DNA of 64,000 bases from Macrostomum lignano. Its lineage: Eukaryota. The stretch lies in assembly GCA_002269645.1 (NCBI GenBank), contig NIVC01001164.1:1-64000 (forward strand), written 5' to 3'. Positions 29,771 through 42,100 of the stretch are shown piece after piece (within the stretch, counting starts at the first letter, position 1; every line of letters starts with the position of its first letter). Below the pieces are notes generated by a model. That model had not been told where the DNA came from. It ran no database searches and saw only the letters and a program-made list of their open reading frames with translations. Made by a program: the position numbers and the translations under genes.

Positions 29771-30559
29771 CTGCGGCGACGCGTGGATCGACGCCAACCG
29801 GAGAGACGGCTCAGCGTGCTTGGCTACGCCGATGACCTCGCCCTGCTGTCCTCGACCGTCGAGGGCGCCCAACGACAGCTGGATAGGCTGGTTGCCGTTG
29901 CGGCGAGCGTCGGCCTGGTGGTCAACACGCAGAAGACCGTCGTGCTATGCGTGCCGGACGACACCGAGGCTGCAATCTTCTGCCGAGGCGCTGACGGACA
30001 GGCGAGTGAGCTTCCAAGATGTCAGCAGTTCGTCTACCTCGGCGGTCTGGTTCCCGACGTCCGCGAGGATCTGCGGCGTCGCCGAGGACTTGCCTGGGCT
30101 GCCTTTCGTTCTATAAGGTCAGTCCTGCAGTCCGAGGCCCTACCGGACCGCCAGAGGGCGGCGCTGTTCCAGGCGGTGATCGAGACCGTCCTGTTATACG
30201 ACGCCGAGACCTGGACGCTGACAGACTCGCTCGAGGCTCAAGTCGACGCGGCACACGCTGGCCTGCTGCGCGCCGCCTTCAAGATCGGCAACGAGCGAGT
30301 CACCAACACGGCGCTCCATCATCGCGCCGGCCTGGCCCGTCCTAGCGATCTGCTGCGCCGTCGGCGACTCCAGCTGGCAGGCCACGTCATCCGCGCCGAG
30401 GCCTACTGTCCGGAGCCGGTGCAGGAGGTGCTGTACTTACGTTGCAGGCACCCTACCGGCGGGGACAGGCGAGGACTCGGCGCTACGTCGACTGTCTGCT
30501 GGCTGACGCCGGCGCCCCGGACTCTGCCGGCGGTGCGGCCTTTGTTCGCGCCCAAGCTT
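29771..30559 (+). mobile_element. 5'-truncated non-LTR retrotransposon (RTE-like) 3' end
   Basis: RT motif LSVLGYADDLALLS..VNTQKT..FVYLGG..LLYDAETW; (TTG)n tail; 12-bp TSD tctggatacatg at 29759-29770 and 30560-30571. Confidence 0.92.
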
Positions 30560-31456
30560 CGAAGCGCGCCATCTGACGCTGCTTTTGCGAACTGGCAGCG
30601 TACTCTGTTGTTGTTGTTGTCTGGATACATGATGCAGGCACTCGCCCCTCAGATGATCACTGTGCCCAGTAGATCACCTTCATCAGTATTTAGTTATCAA
30701 TAATAGCACCTGTCAATCAAATTTACAGTGACAATAGTCAAAGAGTAGTGAGATTGCCTTACACAGAGTGATAATAAACCGAAACTTGAAACCAATTTTC
30801 GAGCCACCATCTATAGCTAACTGTGCCAGAGAAGCGATGTCCAGGTGGCCACACAAAATTCAACAGAATCTGCTGTCTTTATGCAGCAAAAGTCGCGGGC
30901 CTACGCAGAAATCTGTGCAGGAGCCGCTAGCTCCATGACAACTCGCTCGCTCTTCCGGCTCTGGTCGGTGATAGCTCGTACCTTCTGCACCAATGTCCGA
31001 GTTGGGCGCCTTAGCGCTCAGCATCTCGAGCACGGTGCAACAGAAACCCGGTTCACATGTCGATTTTTGGCTTGAGCTCAACTTTGTCCTAAGTTGAGTT
31101 TATTTTAAATCGATAAGCTTGATTTTGCCTCGATGGGTGAGCATAACTGTTGAGAAGTTAGTGTTCCTGTGCTAGATGGCCGGTCTGTGACTGTGTGGAA
31201 ATTCAGGAGGCAGGCAAATCTGCAAGTTGTTTAACAACGAGGCTTTGCTTTAAAAACGTAGCTAACTGAAAATTAGTTGCACGACTCCCGCCCTCGAGAA
31301 TAAAGTCCGAGGCGGAAAACCGAAGGTCAATAACTTTGCCACCATGCGGACAGGCAGCAGCGGGCTCAAGAAACTCTGCTTTGGATCCTCTGCGGTGAAT
31401 CGCCTATTGGAGTTGCTGTTGCTGTTCAGACTGGGCTGCATTTCGTTCTGGGAGGG

Positions 31457-31745
31457 CACGCTGGCCTGCTGCGCGCCGCCTTCAAGATCAGCTACGAGCG
31501 AGTGACCAACAATAATTTTTATCGCCGCGCCAGCCTGTCCCGTCCCAGCGACCTGTTGCGCCGTCGGCAACTCCAGCTGGCAGGCCACATCATCCGCGCC
31601 GAGTTGTACTGCCCAGAGCCGGTGCAGGAGGTGCTGCTGCTGACGCTGCAGGCACCCTACTGGCGGGGGCAGGCCCGCACTCGGCGTTTCGTCGACTGCC
31701 TGCTGGCTGACGCCGGCGCCCTCGGATTCGGCCGGTGGCGTAGCG
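31457..31745 (+). mobile_element. Second, shorter and more diverged fragment of the same RTE-like family
   Basis: Matches 30250-30500 (HAGLLRAAFKI..RPSDLLRRRQLQLAGHIIRAE.YCPEPVQEVL). Confidence 0.88.
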
Positions 31746-31983
31746 TTCCTTCCCGACCTAGCCCTGAGGTGCACCTTGTGACGCTGAACGCGTATTCTGT
31801 TGTTTCTAATCAAAAAAATTATTAATGAATTATGCTATACAATTAAACTAGTTTTAATCTGTCTTTAGAACTTTAGATATTCGATAATTTTCTCAAAAAT
31901 GATTGAAAAATCCCTCTAAAGCTCACGCCTGCTTTGTAAAATTCATCACGATCAGCTCATCGGCTCCCGACGACTGCGCATCA

Positions 31984-32565
31984 ATCGTAGAGATTGTGAC
32001 CAGTGATGAGCTCGGTAATCATGAAGATCCAATCAGAACTCAGGCTTGAGGAATTGCACTATGTTTCTGTTTTTGGACATTCTTGAGCTCTTTGAAGTGA
32101 GATGTCACCGCTTGAATTGCATGTTGATATCTTATATCTTGCTACTTTGTAGAAGATCCTATGCTTCGATTAAATCGAATGCATCTATACCTTTTACACT
32201 CGATGTCTGATGCCTGTCTGCAAATGTCTTGACCACCTGGCTAAAACAGTATGAAACATCAAGAACACAATTTCAGCCTACGCTCGAATAAACTGATCAG
32301 CCCCGATGTTTTTCAGTAGTCATTAGGTAGAAATCAGTCAGACTATTTTGGGGCACCTCTAAGACCGACTAGCTCCCTCTTGACCTCTTGACCTTCCCAT
32401 TCGGAGGCAGCATCGCCAGAATCCCAAACACGGTACAGCCAAAGGCCCAGACGTCTGTCTTCTGTGAGTGAGCGTTCTCACTGCTCAGGCGAACTGCTCA
32501 GGAGCCATGTAGATAGGAACCAGACTCAAGCCGGCTTACGACTATGTAGATATTTGAGTGCTTCA
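31984..32565 (-). pseudogene. Protein kinase relic (disrupted)
   Basis: Minus-strand motifs with stops and frameshifts: EALKYLHSRKP (VIa), PIYMAPEQF (VIII), KTDVWAFGCTVF (IX), then NIVQFL and IFMITELITGHNLYD (IV-V). Confidence 0.6.
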
Positions 32566-33317
32566 CGGATCTACTACTTTAACAATTTATCATGGTGCGA
32601 AAAGGCTGAAAAACAGAAGAAAAAACTTTTAATTTCCTCATTTCACTTTCTAACTACTGACATCAAACTATATATTATATATGCCGCTTCGTCATGGGCT
32701 CCAAGAGGTTTTTTGGACCCAATGAGTGCTCGAAATGCCCAAAGTGGTACATTATTAACCCGAAGACATAAATTTGGAACTCTCAAATAGTATTACAGTG
32801 TTTCTAGTACAAATATGTTAAAAATAAAAGAAAATAGACTGGTGCAGTCCTTGAGCAGCTGCTGTACTCTAAATGAGCATGAGATGGTTTACAGAACAGC
32901 GCTGTAAATATGGATAGTGCTGTGAATTTATTGCTAGGCTCAATTGCTATTCAAGCTCATGAAGACAATAATTTTACCCCTTCCAGCCAAAACTGAAACG
33001 GAATGTATCTTGTATTGTACAGAGAGCACACGAGGCTCTATTTATGGCACGAATCTAAGCTTGAGCTTAAGTTAAAGCTTAATGAACTTCATTAGAAACA
33101 TGCTTCCTGCCTGTTGTTCTCAATGATTTAAATGAGTAGTAAATCAATGATCAAATCGGTCAAGCTGTCAAATTTGCCGTTAAACACTTCGATTTCTTCG
33201 CGCTATCTCCGCAATATATTTATTTATCTTTAAACCTTATCCAGAACAAGACAACACTGCAACCAGCTCTACTACTGGCCATTAGTAGTAGTATTGTCCG
33301 TCTCTATCCGTTAGCAA

Positions 33318-36077
33318 CTAGTTGATAATGCCGTTGATCCAAGAACGGACGGTGGCCACGGTGGCATAGACTCCGGGCTTGCCGGGGCCTGCATTGAGAT
33401 GAAAAAATGGAGCACGTTTTGCGTTATCCATGAGTCATTAATGAGTCTCAAAATGAGTCTATTCATTGAATATGCTCCAATACGTCTGCGCAATAAGTAT
33501 ACCAGCGAGTCTACTCAATATGTTCGATTTTTTTCAATATTTAGGCAGCTATCAATGAACCAAAATTTTATATATCAAGAACAGACACAAGTTAAACTTA
33601 CGGGCACAATCGTAGCCCCAGGAGGTGACTCCATGGACGTACCAGACGGCGCTGCTACCAGAGCCACTGGAGCACACGAATGGGCCGCCGCTGTCGCCCT
33701 GTAAGCGAATGATTTTTACGCGATGTGCCAATAATAAGATAATTATTATATGAGGATTGTTTACTACTCTTAGTTGCGAGTGTCGGAGAGTGCGCTCACC
33801 TGACAGGCATCGACTCCACCGTTGGGGTAGCCGGCGCAGGTCATGCGGGACGTGATCTGGCGCGGATAATTCACCGAATTGCAGGTGCTGCGAGCAATCA
33901 CGGGCACGTACGCCTGCTTCAGGGCGTTGGCAGAGCCGGTGCCTATTTTAAGATGGAGATTTTAGGTTCATTGATGCTGCAGATCAGCTCATTTTTCTCG
34001 GGCCAAACGCATTTATTTCTGAATCGTGCAAACCCCAAAGCCTCTAATCAGCTCATGCACTACTGCCGGGTTACTTGTACACTTGTATGGGAAAGTCCCA
34101 ATTTCAGGGAGCTGCATGGCGACTGGGGGCATCACAAGGGGGAACGGAGATAACTCTTCCCCCATAGAGACACCTTCACACTGTGTCCCAAGCATTACCT
34201 ACGTCCCTGCAACTAACTTGAGTTGGTCAAGATATGAAGCCGTCTAAAAGATGTTCATTCAGATACTTAATTAATCCCCTATAGGTGACCTCAGGTCCTG
34301 AAGCAAGCATTGTCAAAGCATCTCACCGCGAGTGTCGCCCCAGCCGGTGGTGTAGCAGTACTGTCCACCGGAGGGCTCCGATGAGGGTATGCAGGCCGGG
34401 GTGATGTAATTGTTGTAACTGACTGAGGACGACAGACGGAGTAGAGCGTAGTCGTAGTCAAGAGTGCGGTAGTTGTAACTGAGGGTGGAAGAAAAGAAAC
34501 GGGGAACAGTGCTCGCTGCTTTGTTTTCTGGCCGTTAATTACTTTATGGCAAAAATTAGCGTACTTTGTAATTTATACGTTATAGAAAAACATTCTCGAC
34601 TTTTTTACCGCGAGTGCATGACAATCCGGTCGACAGCATAGTTCTTCTGAGTTGAATCGCGCGAGTTCTTCACATGGCTGCCAAGTCCGACGGTGTAACG
34701 CGAGGGCGACGGATTATCCTCCACGCAGTGGGCGGCGGTCAGCACCCAGCGATTGTTGAGCAGGGTGCCGCCGCAGTAGTGCCTGTTGGCGTAGAACAGC
34801 TGCGCCTGCCAGGGCCAGGAGCCGGGCCGGGCCTCCCGACCGCCGACGATGTAGCCGTTGCCTTCGTAGTGAGAGATCTTCTTTACGCCGCAGCCTGCAA
34901 CACAGTCAATCGGAGTGAAATATACGGTCCCTCACGCTTTGGAAATGGGCAGCCGCAGTGTGTTTCTAAGGCCTTCGGTTCACTCGCTTAGGAAACGCTC
35001 CCGGCGTACTTGACTAAATTTCTTATTGGTTTATTAAATTTATTAAAGCCATGTTCATATGACAGCGTCCATTTTTGGCGCGAATTTAAATTTGACTGAA
35101 TGTAACGAACAAAACTTTACTGATATTCTTGCTTTTGCGCGTTTAAATTTACAAAATTAGTCATACGAGTGAATATAAAGTTTCAACTGTAAACAGTACA
35201 GCTGGGAAGCCTAGTGCTCAATCCCTGATCCGCTGCATGTAATCTTACCCAATAGGCATTAGTAGGTCAATAAATACTGAGTAGCATATTTCACAGTCAA
35301 TACAATATGACATTATGACTCTCTGCACATCAGCGCATCGGAAACAGACCTGACCATCTGAAACAGACATGGAGCCCGCAAGTTTCTGTATTATTGCCCG
35401 GGAATTTCTTGCATTGATTAAGTTAGTGACCTTGCATCTTTTTATTATATAGAATTTTGCATTCTCATTCTACGTCTAGAGAATTCTGAACTTAAGCAAT
35501 CTGCCTGACCGAACTGGCCGGTGTCCGGCTTATCAACAGGAGAGCTAAAGTGGTTACATCTGAATCAGCAAATTGTTATCTGGAAGAGTTCAGCAACGAT
35601 TTTGCACGAAGACTTACGAAGAAAGAAATTCCGGACGTACATGGGGATGCGCTCAATGAGCTGAGAGATCTTGAACGAGGGAGAATTCCCTTTTCTTAAG
35701 TGGCTCGGTTCCAGTCGTTCCTAACCGAAAACCAACTGCCGTCCGATCCGATTTGCGTACAGACTACTACTGGTATTATAACCAACTATTTGCGTTTCTT
35801 CCACTCACAATTAAGAACCCACGGATCCTGTCATTGATTTGCAGCATCGGTTCTTCAACATCAATCGTCCAGGTGTAAACATCATTTGACACCCCCGTGT
35901 CTACATCTGTCAATCTTGGTATTCAGTTGACTATGGAAAACTCGGGGACGAAATCTCATTCATTGATTGCCTGAAAAAGTATTGTCAGTTTGGAAAAGTT
36001 AGTGACAATCAGTTATACTTACTCTGAGCGGCCGCAGACGCCACCAGAAGAAGTCCCGCTAGCAGCAAGCTGAGCAT
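33318..36077 (-). CDS. Secreted trypsin-like (S1A) serine protease, 267 aa
   Basis: Exons 36023-36077, 34609-34894, 34327-34478, 33800-33942, 33602-33698, 33318-33388 (804 nt, in frame). Signal peptide [59 protein letters not shown]. Confidence 0.95.
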
Positions 36078-36173
36078 ACTGTCAAACCTTTGATAGCTTC
36101 AATCGGGCTAAATACCAAATAGATGTTCTAGACTCTGCTTACATTGCATGACGGCCCGGCCGTATCCGCGTCA

Positions 36174-36179
36174 TTTATA
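36174..36179 (-). promoter_or_regulatory. Candidate TATA box of the protease gene
   Basis: TATAAA on minus ~100 bp upstream of the ATG at 36077; position only, TSS unknown. Confidence 0.35.
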
Positions 36180-39100
36180 GGCAAGGGTTGTGACGTCCAA
36201 ACTGCCAGAAGGTATTGGAAAACCGGCAGCTGCTGCTGCTGATGGTGTGCGTTGTGTTGGTGGACAGTTTATCGCATTAGCTGTAATATGATTTCCTATG
36301 ATAAATGGTTGTTAAAATGCGCCTTCAACACGTAGGAAAACGCAGTAGGAAACGCATCGGGGACATTTGTGGATTTTCACACGGAATAAAAGCTTGGCAA
36401 GTTGTCTTCAAGTCCCTTGATATTAATAGTGCAAAGCAGCCATAGTTCCGCTTATCAGTGCTCGCATTTCGTGATCGCAAGCTACAGCCAGGGAATACTT
36501 TATACATCGAGGAATAACTAAATTATGACTGCACCGGTGGGTACGAGTATAGCATTTGCAGATACTCGTATCTACTGGTAAATCGTGCTAGATACGGTGA
36601 ATTAATCAAAATTAGACGCAAGGCACTCGTCATAAAAATGGACGAAGTGGACGAGTATTAGCCCAACATCAAAGCTGACAAATATTTTAGCAAATACACA
36701 CTTTTAGAAATCAAGCGCATTAACTTTATCGATAGAAATGACAACTTGTTTCTGTTGTTTTCCTTTCTCGCCAAACCATACTATGTACTTGTAGCAGCGT
36801 AATCAACTTATTAGTACATGGTTGTTACACGAGTGGGTCAACACTTAGCACCATTCCAGAAAGTTTAAGGCTCCATGTTGATGTACAAGCCGTGTTTTCA
36901 CTCTAAATTTGGCTTCATTAGATGACGGTGTGGACGAGTCTTAAGCAGATAGAGTTTGTCCCATGGTCAATGGAACACACACATACACACAATGGATCCA
37001 CACAGCTTCTAAATTAACCACTAGGAGTCGCGGTAGTCTACTACAGTATATGCTTACATCTAAGTGGGTCCTTGAGTGAGAGTGGACAACTAAAGATGTG
37101 CCACGCAATTGCAGCGCCTTTGGTTGCTAAACTAGCGCCTTTCCAGAGACGGTTAAGGCTTCTATTTCTCAGGTCTGCGCTAAAAGCTAGACCGTTAAAT
37201 CTATTCTCTCCATCATCTTCTGGAAACTGCAGCTGGTATCATCTGTCTGACAGTAGCGAACTGCCTTTGATGGATTTAAGCCATCGAGATAATCTGCAAG
37301 TATAAGTCCCAGAAGTAGAATAGGATCGATTACTAACTAACTCACATCTACTTTGTCTCTAAAGCTGCGAGAAAAATTTAGGCGTACGCGTCCAATGTAT
37401 ACTGGCTACTTGGATTTCACTGTATCGGTAATGCAGAAACTGTGTCGAGTTTCTCGGTTCGGTAACACACATTTTAGCAGTCAAAAACACTTTTGCATTA
37501 GTCAATTCTCTTTCTCTCCCATGTGTTAGTCGATCTGCCCGACTAAATTCTCTCGATAATGCCAAGATTCGCGTGTCTTGTTGGTGTCGTTCTTGGTTTG
37601 GCGCCTTATCTTCCAGAGCTCGTCAGATTTTTGTCAAGCGGTCTTCCCTTGTAATATATATCGCCCATTCGCGTCACTCACGTGCTTTTTCCTCGTATCT
37701 TTATAGCCAGTCTTCGTGCAATTCCATATCTCAAACCGAAACCGATACGATACGCGCGTATAAAAATTCCTGACAGCACCCCTTGCCCCAGCTGCTACTG
37801 CTGAAACGTAGAGTGTGTGCTTGCACTTCACTGCACCGTTCGTTTCGAATTCTGCCAAAATTTTCATTGACTTCGAGTCTTACATGTGCATAATATAAAT
37901 CTGCATAAGTTTGAACTTTCTAGTTTTCAGGCACTGTATTCAGAATATTCTCTGTTACAAAACAGAGCCATGTAACAACCATAGTTAATGTGTCATTTGT
38001 AACATATATTAAGGCGTCATGGAATTATACTTTTTTCCTGCGGGGGCAAGGATCGAGTCCCAAGTTCCCAGTTCCAGAAAATACGCTTGCTTGCCGCCGG
38101 CAAGATTTTAGCGTTTGAACAGGGATAGTTGTCCCTGCGTTTAAATTAAAGTCGTGTTATAAGATGCCACTATTTTGTTTACAGTTGTAAATAAAAAGAA
38201 AGATCCAAAATTTGGTCGGTTGGATCATGAGTTTACAGTCCAGAAGCTGAAGTAATTATATATACTCATAAACATGTACATTATGCATGCAGGGACTACT
38301 AAAAATACGGGACGGGAAACTGGCCAAATCATACAGAAATTAAATAGTTGGAGGCTGGTTTTTTCTAGTGCTCCCTAAAATTTATTATTGAATGTAGAAA
38401 GCGAGCTTTTTCACCATTCTGTGCAGAATTCATACCTCTGCAAGATGCACAACTCAGTTTTAATAATTTTTCTAGTGTAAGAAAAGCAGTTTTACTAGTC
38501 CCTATGATACATGATACATGTATATATGAATTAGGACGCGCAAAGGGGAGAGCCATTGCGCACGTTCTCGCAGAAAAAACGGGAGGGGCAGTCAGCAGCA
38601 GCCTGAGGGGTTAGCGCAAGCGCCTGCAAGTCAGCGATGAGGCAATCAGTCAGAGTCAGTAGCCTGCAGTGCGGGGCCTGGCATACATGTATTGTTTCAA
38701 AAATATAATTTCAAAACCTGTCATGCCACCATTATTAGCTGCAATGTTACAAACAGCTTTCTTCTGAGTCTACTTTTCGCAGCGTACCTCAATATATTAC
38801 AGAATATGCCTGAGCTCAATTATGGATCATTGTGAATTCAAATTAAAGTAATGAAAACTTAACGTACTAAACTTACTAAAACAATTTTTATTAGGGAGGA
38901 AATTTCACGTTTTATCTATGGAAGAGTCATTATAAGAATAGCTTTGCCAAAAAATTAAAATACAGACAAAAAAATAATTAATTGTTTCAATAACTAAAAT
39001 GACAACAAGGATTTATCGCATTTTCAACTTGACTCCATCGTTTCATGTTAAAAATTCAAAAGTTAGTGTACGTCGACTCTATAATATAGGGTCGTTCTCA

Positions 39101-42100
39101 AAGCTAGGTCACAACTTTTTGTTATTGCAAAAAAAGTTTATACATCGACCAATAATCGTACAAAAAAAATTATTTCGACAATTTCTGTAAGAAGCTGCTA
39201 CTAAAACCACAAGAAAACTTGAAATTGAGAAGAAATCAAGGCTATTTGTTATTCTTTGTTGCGGAAAATAAACGACAAAAATATTAAAGAGAAAATAAAA
39301 TTTTCTTCTATTTTTATTTTAAATATGCAGTTAAATTTCTTTTGCAAAAATAAAAGAACAAGAAATTGACAAAGGAAATGTTTTTGAGCACAGCATTTTG
39401 TTACTCTGCTCTAAATCCCAGACATTTAAAATTATCGTGTGCGAAAAAGTGCGAAATTATTATAGCATGCATTTGAAAGAACTTCGATCAGTTTAACTAA
39501 TCACTGAATTAAGAAGTCTAAATAAGTCTTGAAAGGTTGAATTAAAAATCAAGTTTTCACTATGTATCTTTTCAAAGGCAAGATGATTCGACAAATAAAG
39601 AATGTTCATTTTTACGGTGAATAGAATTGTTCATTTTTACATTAAATATAATAAAATCTAACTAATAATAGAAAAAGTCAGGGAACTATCCTTGAACACC
39701 AAAAAGCAAATTGTGGATTTAATATCGACTGCATGTTCCTTAATAAAGGAATTCGGATACTAGTATATATTTGATTATTTGTAGCATAATTTCTGAAAAC
39801 TATAACTTGCTTGATTTTACTTTAAGTACTTATTACATTAATACTTATACCAAAGCTGCATGTACTTAAAATAAAAAATTATGGTTACTTATTAGACATT
39901 TTACTCCAATTAACTTAAAATAATTCAAATTTATTTTTATTAATTCATTTTTTGAAACTTTTTGGAAAATAGACAAAATTGAATTATTTAATTACCAAAA
40001 ACCTACTAGCTTAACTGAAATAGCAATTAGTCTTTAAGAAAAGATTTCACTTGTTAATTGAGAAAAATGAGGATGTGCGAGGTGTAAAAATGCGAAAGAG
40101 CATGCAGGAAACAGAGACAAACAAAAATGTAGGTAAAAGACACTGCACATGCACATAATATGATAACCAGACATAATGCGCACACTGAAACACCAGTAGC
40201 AATGACGCCCAAGCTTTTGATGATCACAAGCGAAAAGGCAAAACCCAGCCATCAATCAAAGAAGTAGACTTTAGCACGCATCTTGAGTGCATCACGCATT
40301 TTTTGCAGAGAAGCTCGAAAATTAACATTTATTCTGTGCACAACCACCAACTGCGACAGGGTCTGCCAGGGGATTTGTGGGCACGCGGTCGCGGATACAA
40401 ATCGGAGGAGTCGCTGACCATTCTGAAATTACAAGCTAGTACATGTAATTTTGTGTATTAATATATTTAGCCCGCTTTATTTCTATGCTCTCGTCCGCCT
40501 CTCGTTAATGCATCCCCAGACTCATGCAGTAATCAAACTTATGATCGAACTATGCATGGCTTCCGTCCCTCGCTTTGAATCTCTCACCTCCCCATAGTTC
40601 CATCAACCTTACCGTAGTGGCTTCCTATGCAAAAATCATCCCTCCGCATCTTACACAGGCTACTTCAGGCTGTAGACTGTACTACACTATTAATTAGTTG
40701 CGCTAAGGAATCTACATGTATTTGCTCGCAGCGCAGCGCGCTGCTCAAATAAGTTTAGATCTATCTAGATATTCTAGTAATTTCAGGTTTGTCCATAGAC
40801 TAGAGCTCATGAGATGAGAATTCAATAAACTAGTACATTTAATATGAATGAACTGCGTGTGTGTGTGCTGTGCATACATATGTATAATATACGAGTAGTT
40901 TATGGGCCAAATTATTGTGTGGCACAATTCTTGGCATCACTCAGCAGGCACAAGATGCAGTTAAGCAGCGCACGAAAATTCTACAAAAGAAATTGAGCCT
41001 GGTTGAGATGATGCGAGGAGGCAGATCCACACAATCTCAGTGAATACACCAGACTGCACCAGATACGAGTCCAGTCGAATGTGCGCACTGGTCTAAGCAG
41101 CACACGCATGTCCTCCTGACAATGACGGCACCTAGCTTCGTCCAAGCCTTTGCCAGCGTCACTGACAGCGTCAATACTACCATGCAGTGCCACCTGCAGC
41201 ACCGACAACGGCAATTCCTCCAGTTAGCCCACAACAGTGGCTAAACTGAGGGACAGGGAACCTACCCGCAGAAGACACACACATACACACACAGCACCGG
41301 CAGCAGCACTCTGACAGCATAACCTAAAGCTCCATGAGCTCAGTTTTCAAGCATTGAAGAAGCAGAAGCAGTCATCTTGGATCCAGGGATCAGGAAGAGT
41401 GTTGCATGTCCGACATGTGCTGTTTCCGTGGCAAAAGGTGATGGAGCAAATTAATCAACACTTACTATCTAGCTCGTATTAAGACTAAAAAACTGAGGCA
41501 AGCTGGGATTAAACCAAAGAAAATTTTTTACTATACTTTTTTACCATATACTTTTACTATACTTCTATAGTATAGTAGAGAGGTACTCTATTTAAATGCA
41601 GTAAGAAGTGAAACAAACTTATATATTTAATTATTAAATTAAATTAATTCAAGGTAAATAACTAATTTAACCAATTTATTAGGAGTATTTAATATTATAA
41701 TAAATTGATTTTTATACCTTACACGAAATAAGCTCTACATTCATTTCTTAGCTTGGGGCCCATCTGTATAAGGTCAGTTTCTTCAAAATGCTGATTAATT
41801 AATTAAGGCCTGTTGTCTTTACTTAAATTTATAAGGGCATCTTAGAAGTTAATATTACTATATAATACATGTATAATATTATTACTGTATTATAATAATA
41901 TAGTTGCAATTTTAATGACTATTGAATAAGTCTAAATGCTTCCCCTATTGACTCTAAATACATGGTATCTTTCCCTTCAGAAAAAATTAGCATAGAATGA
42001 CTTGATGAAAACAAAAAAAAATCATTTCGAGATACACATTTGCTGATCATTCAGGTCAAATTTCAAGGTCCAGTTTTGCACATGTTTCTCTGTAGCTTGG

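Noticed and set aside
35520-35830. Coding-like decayed frame in protease intron 1
   Set aside because: Contains an internal stop and no family motif I can name.
40980-41450. Cys-rich ORF fragments (RCRHCQ, ACPTC) suggesting a zinc finger
   Set aside because: They lie on opposite strands, with no consistent ligand spacing or splice frame.
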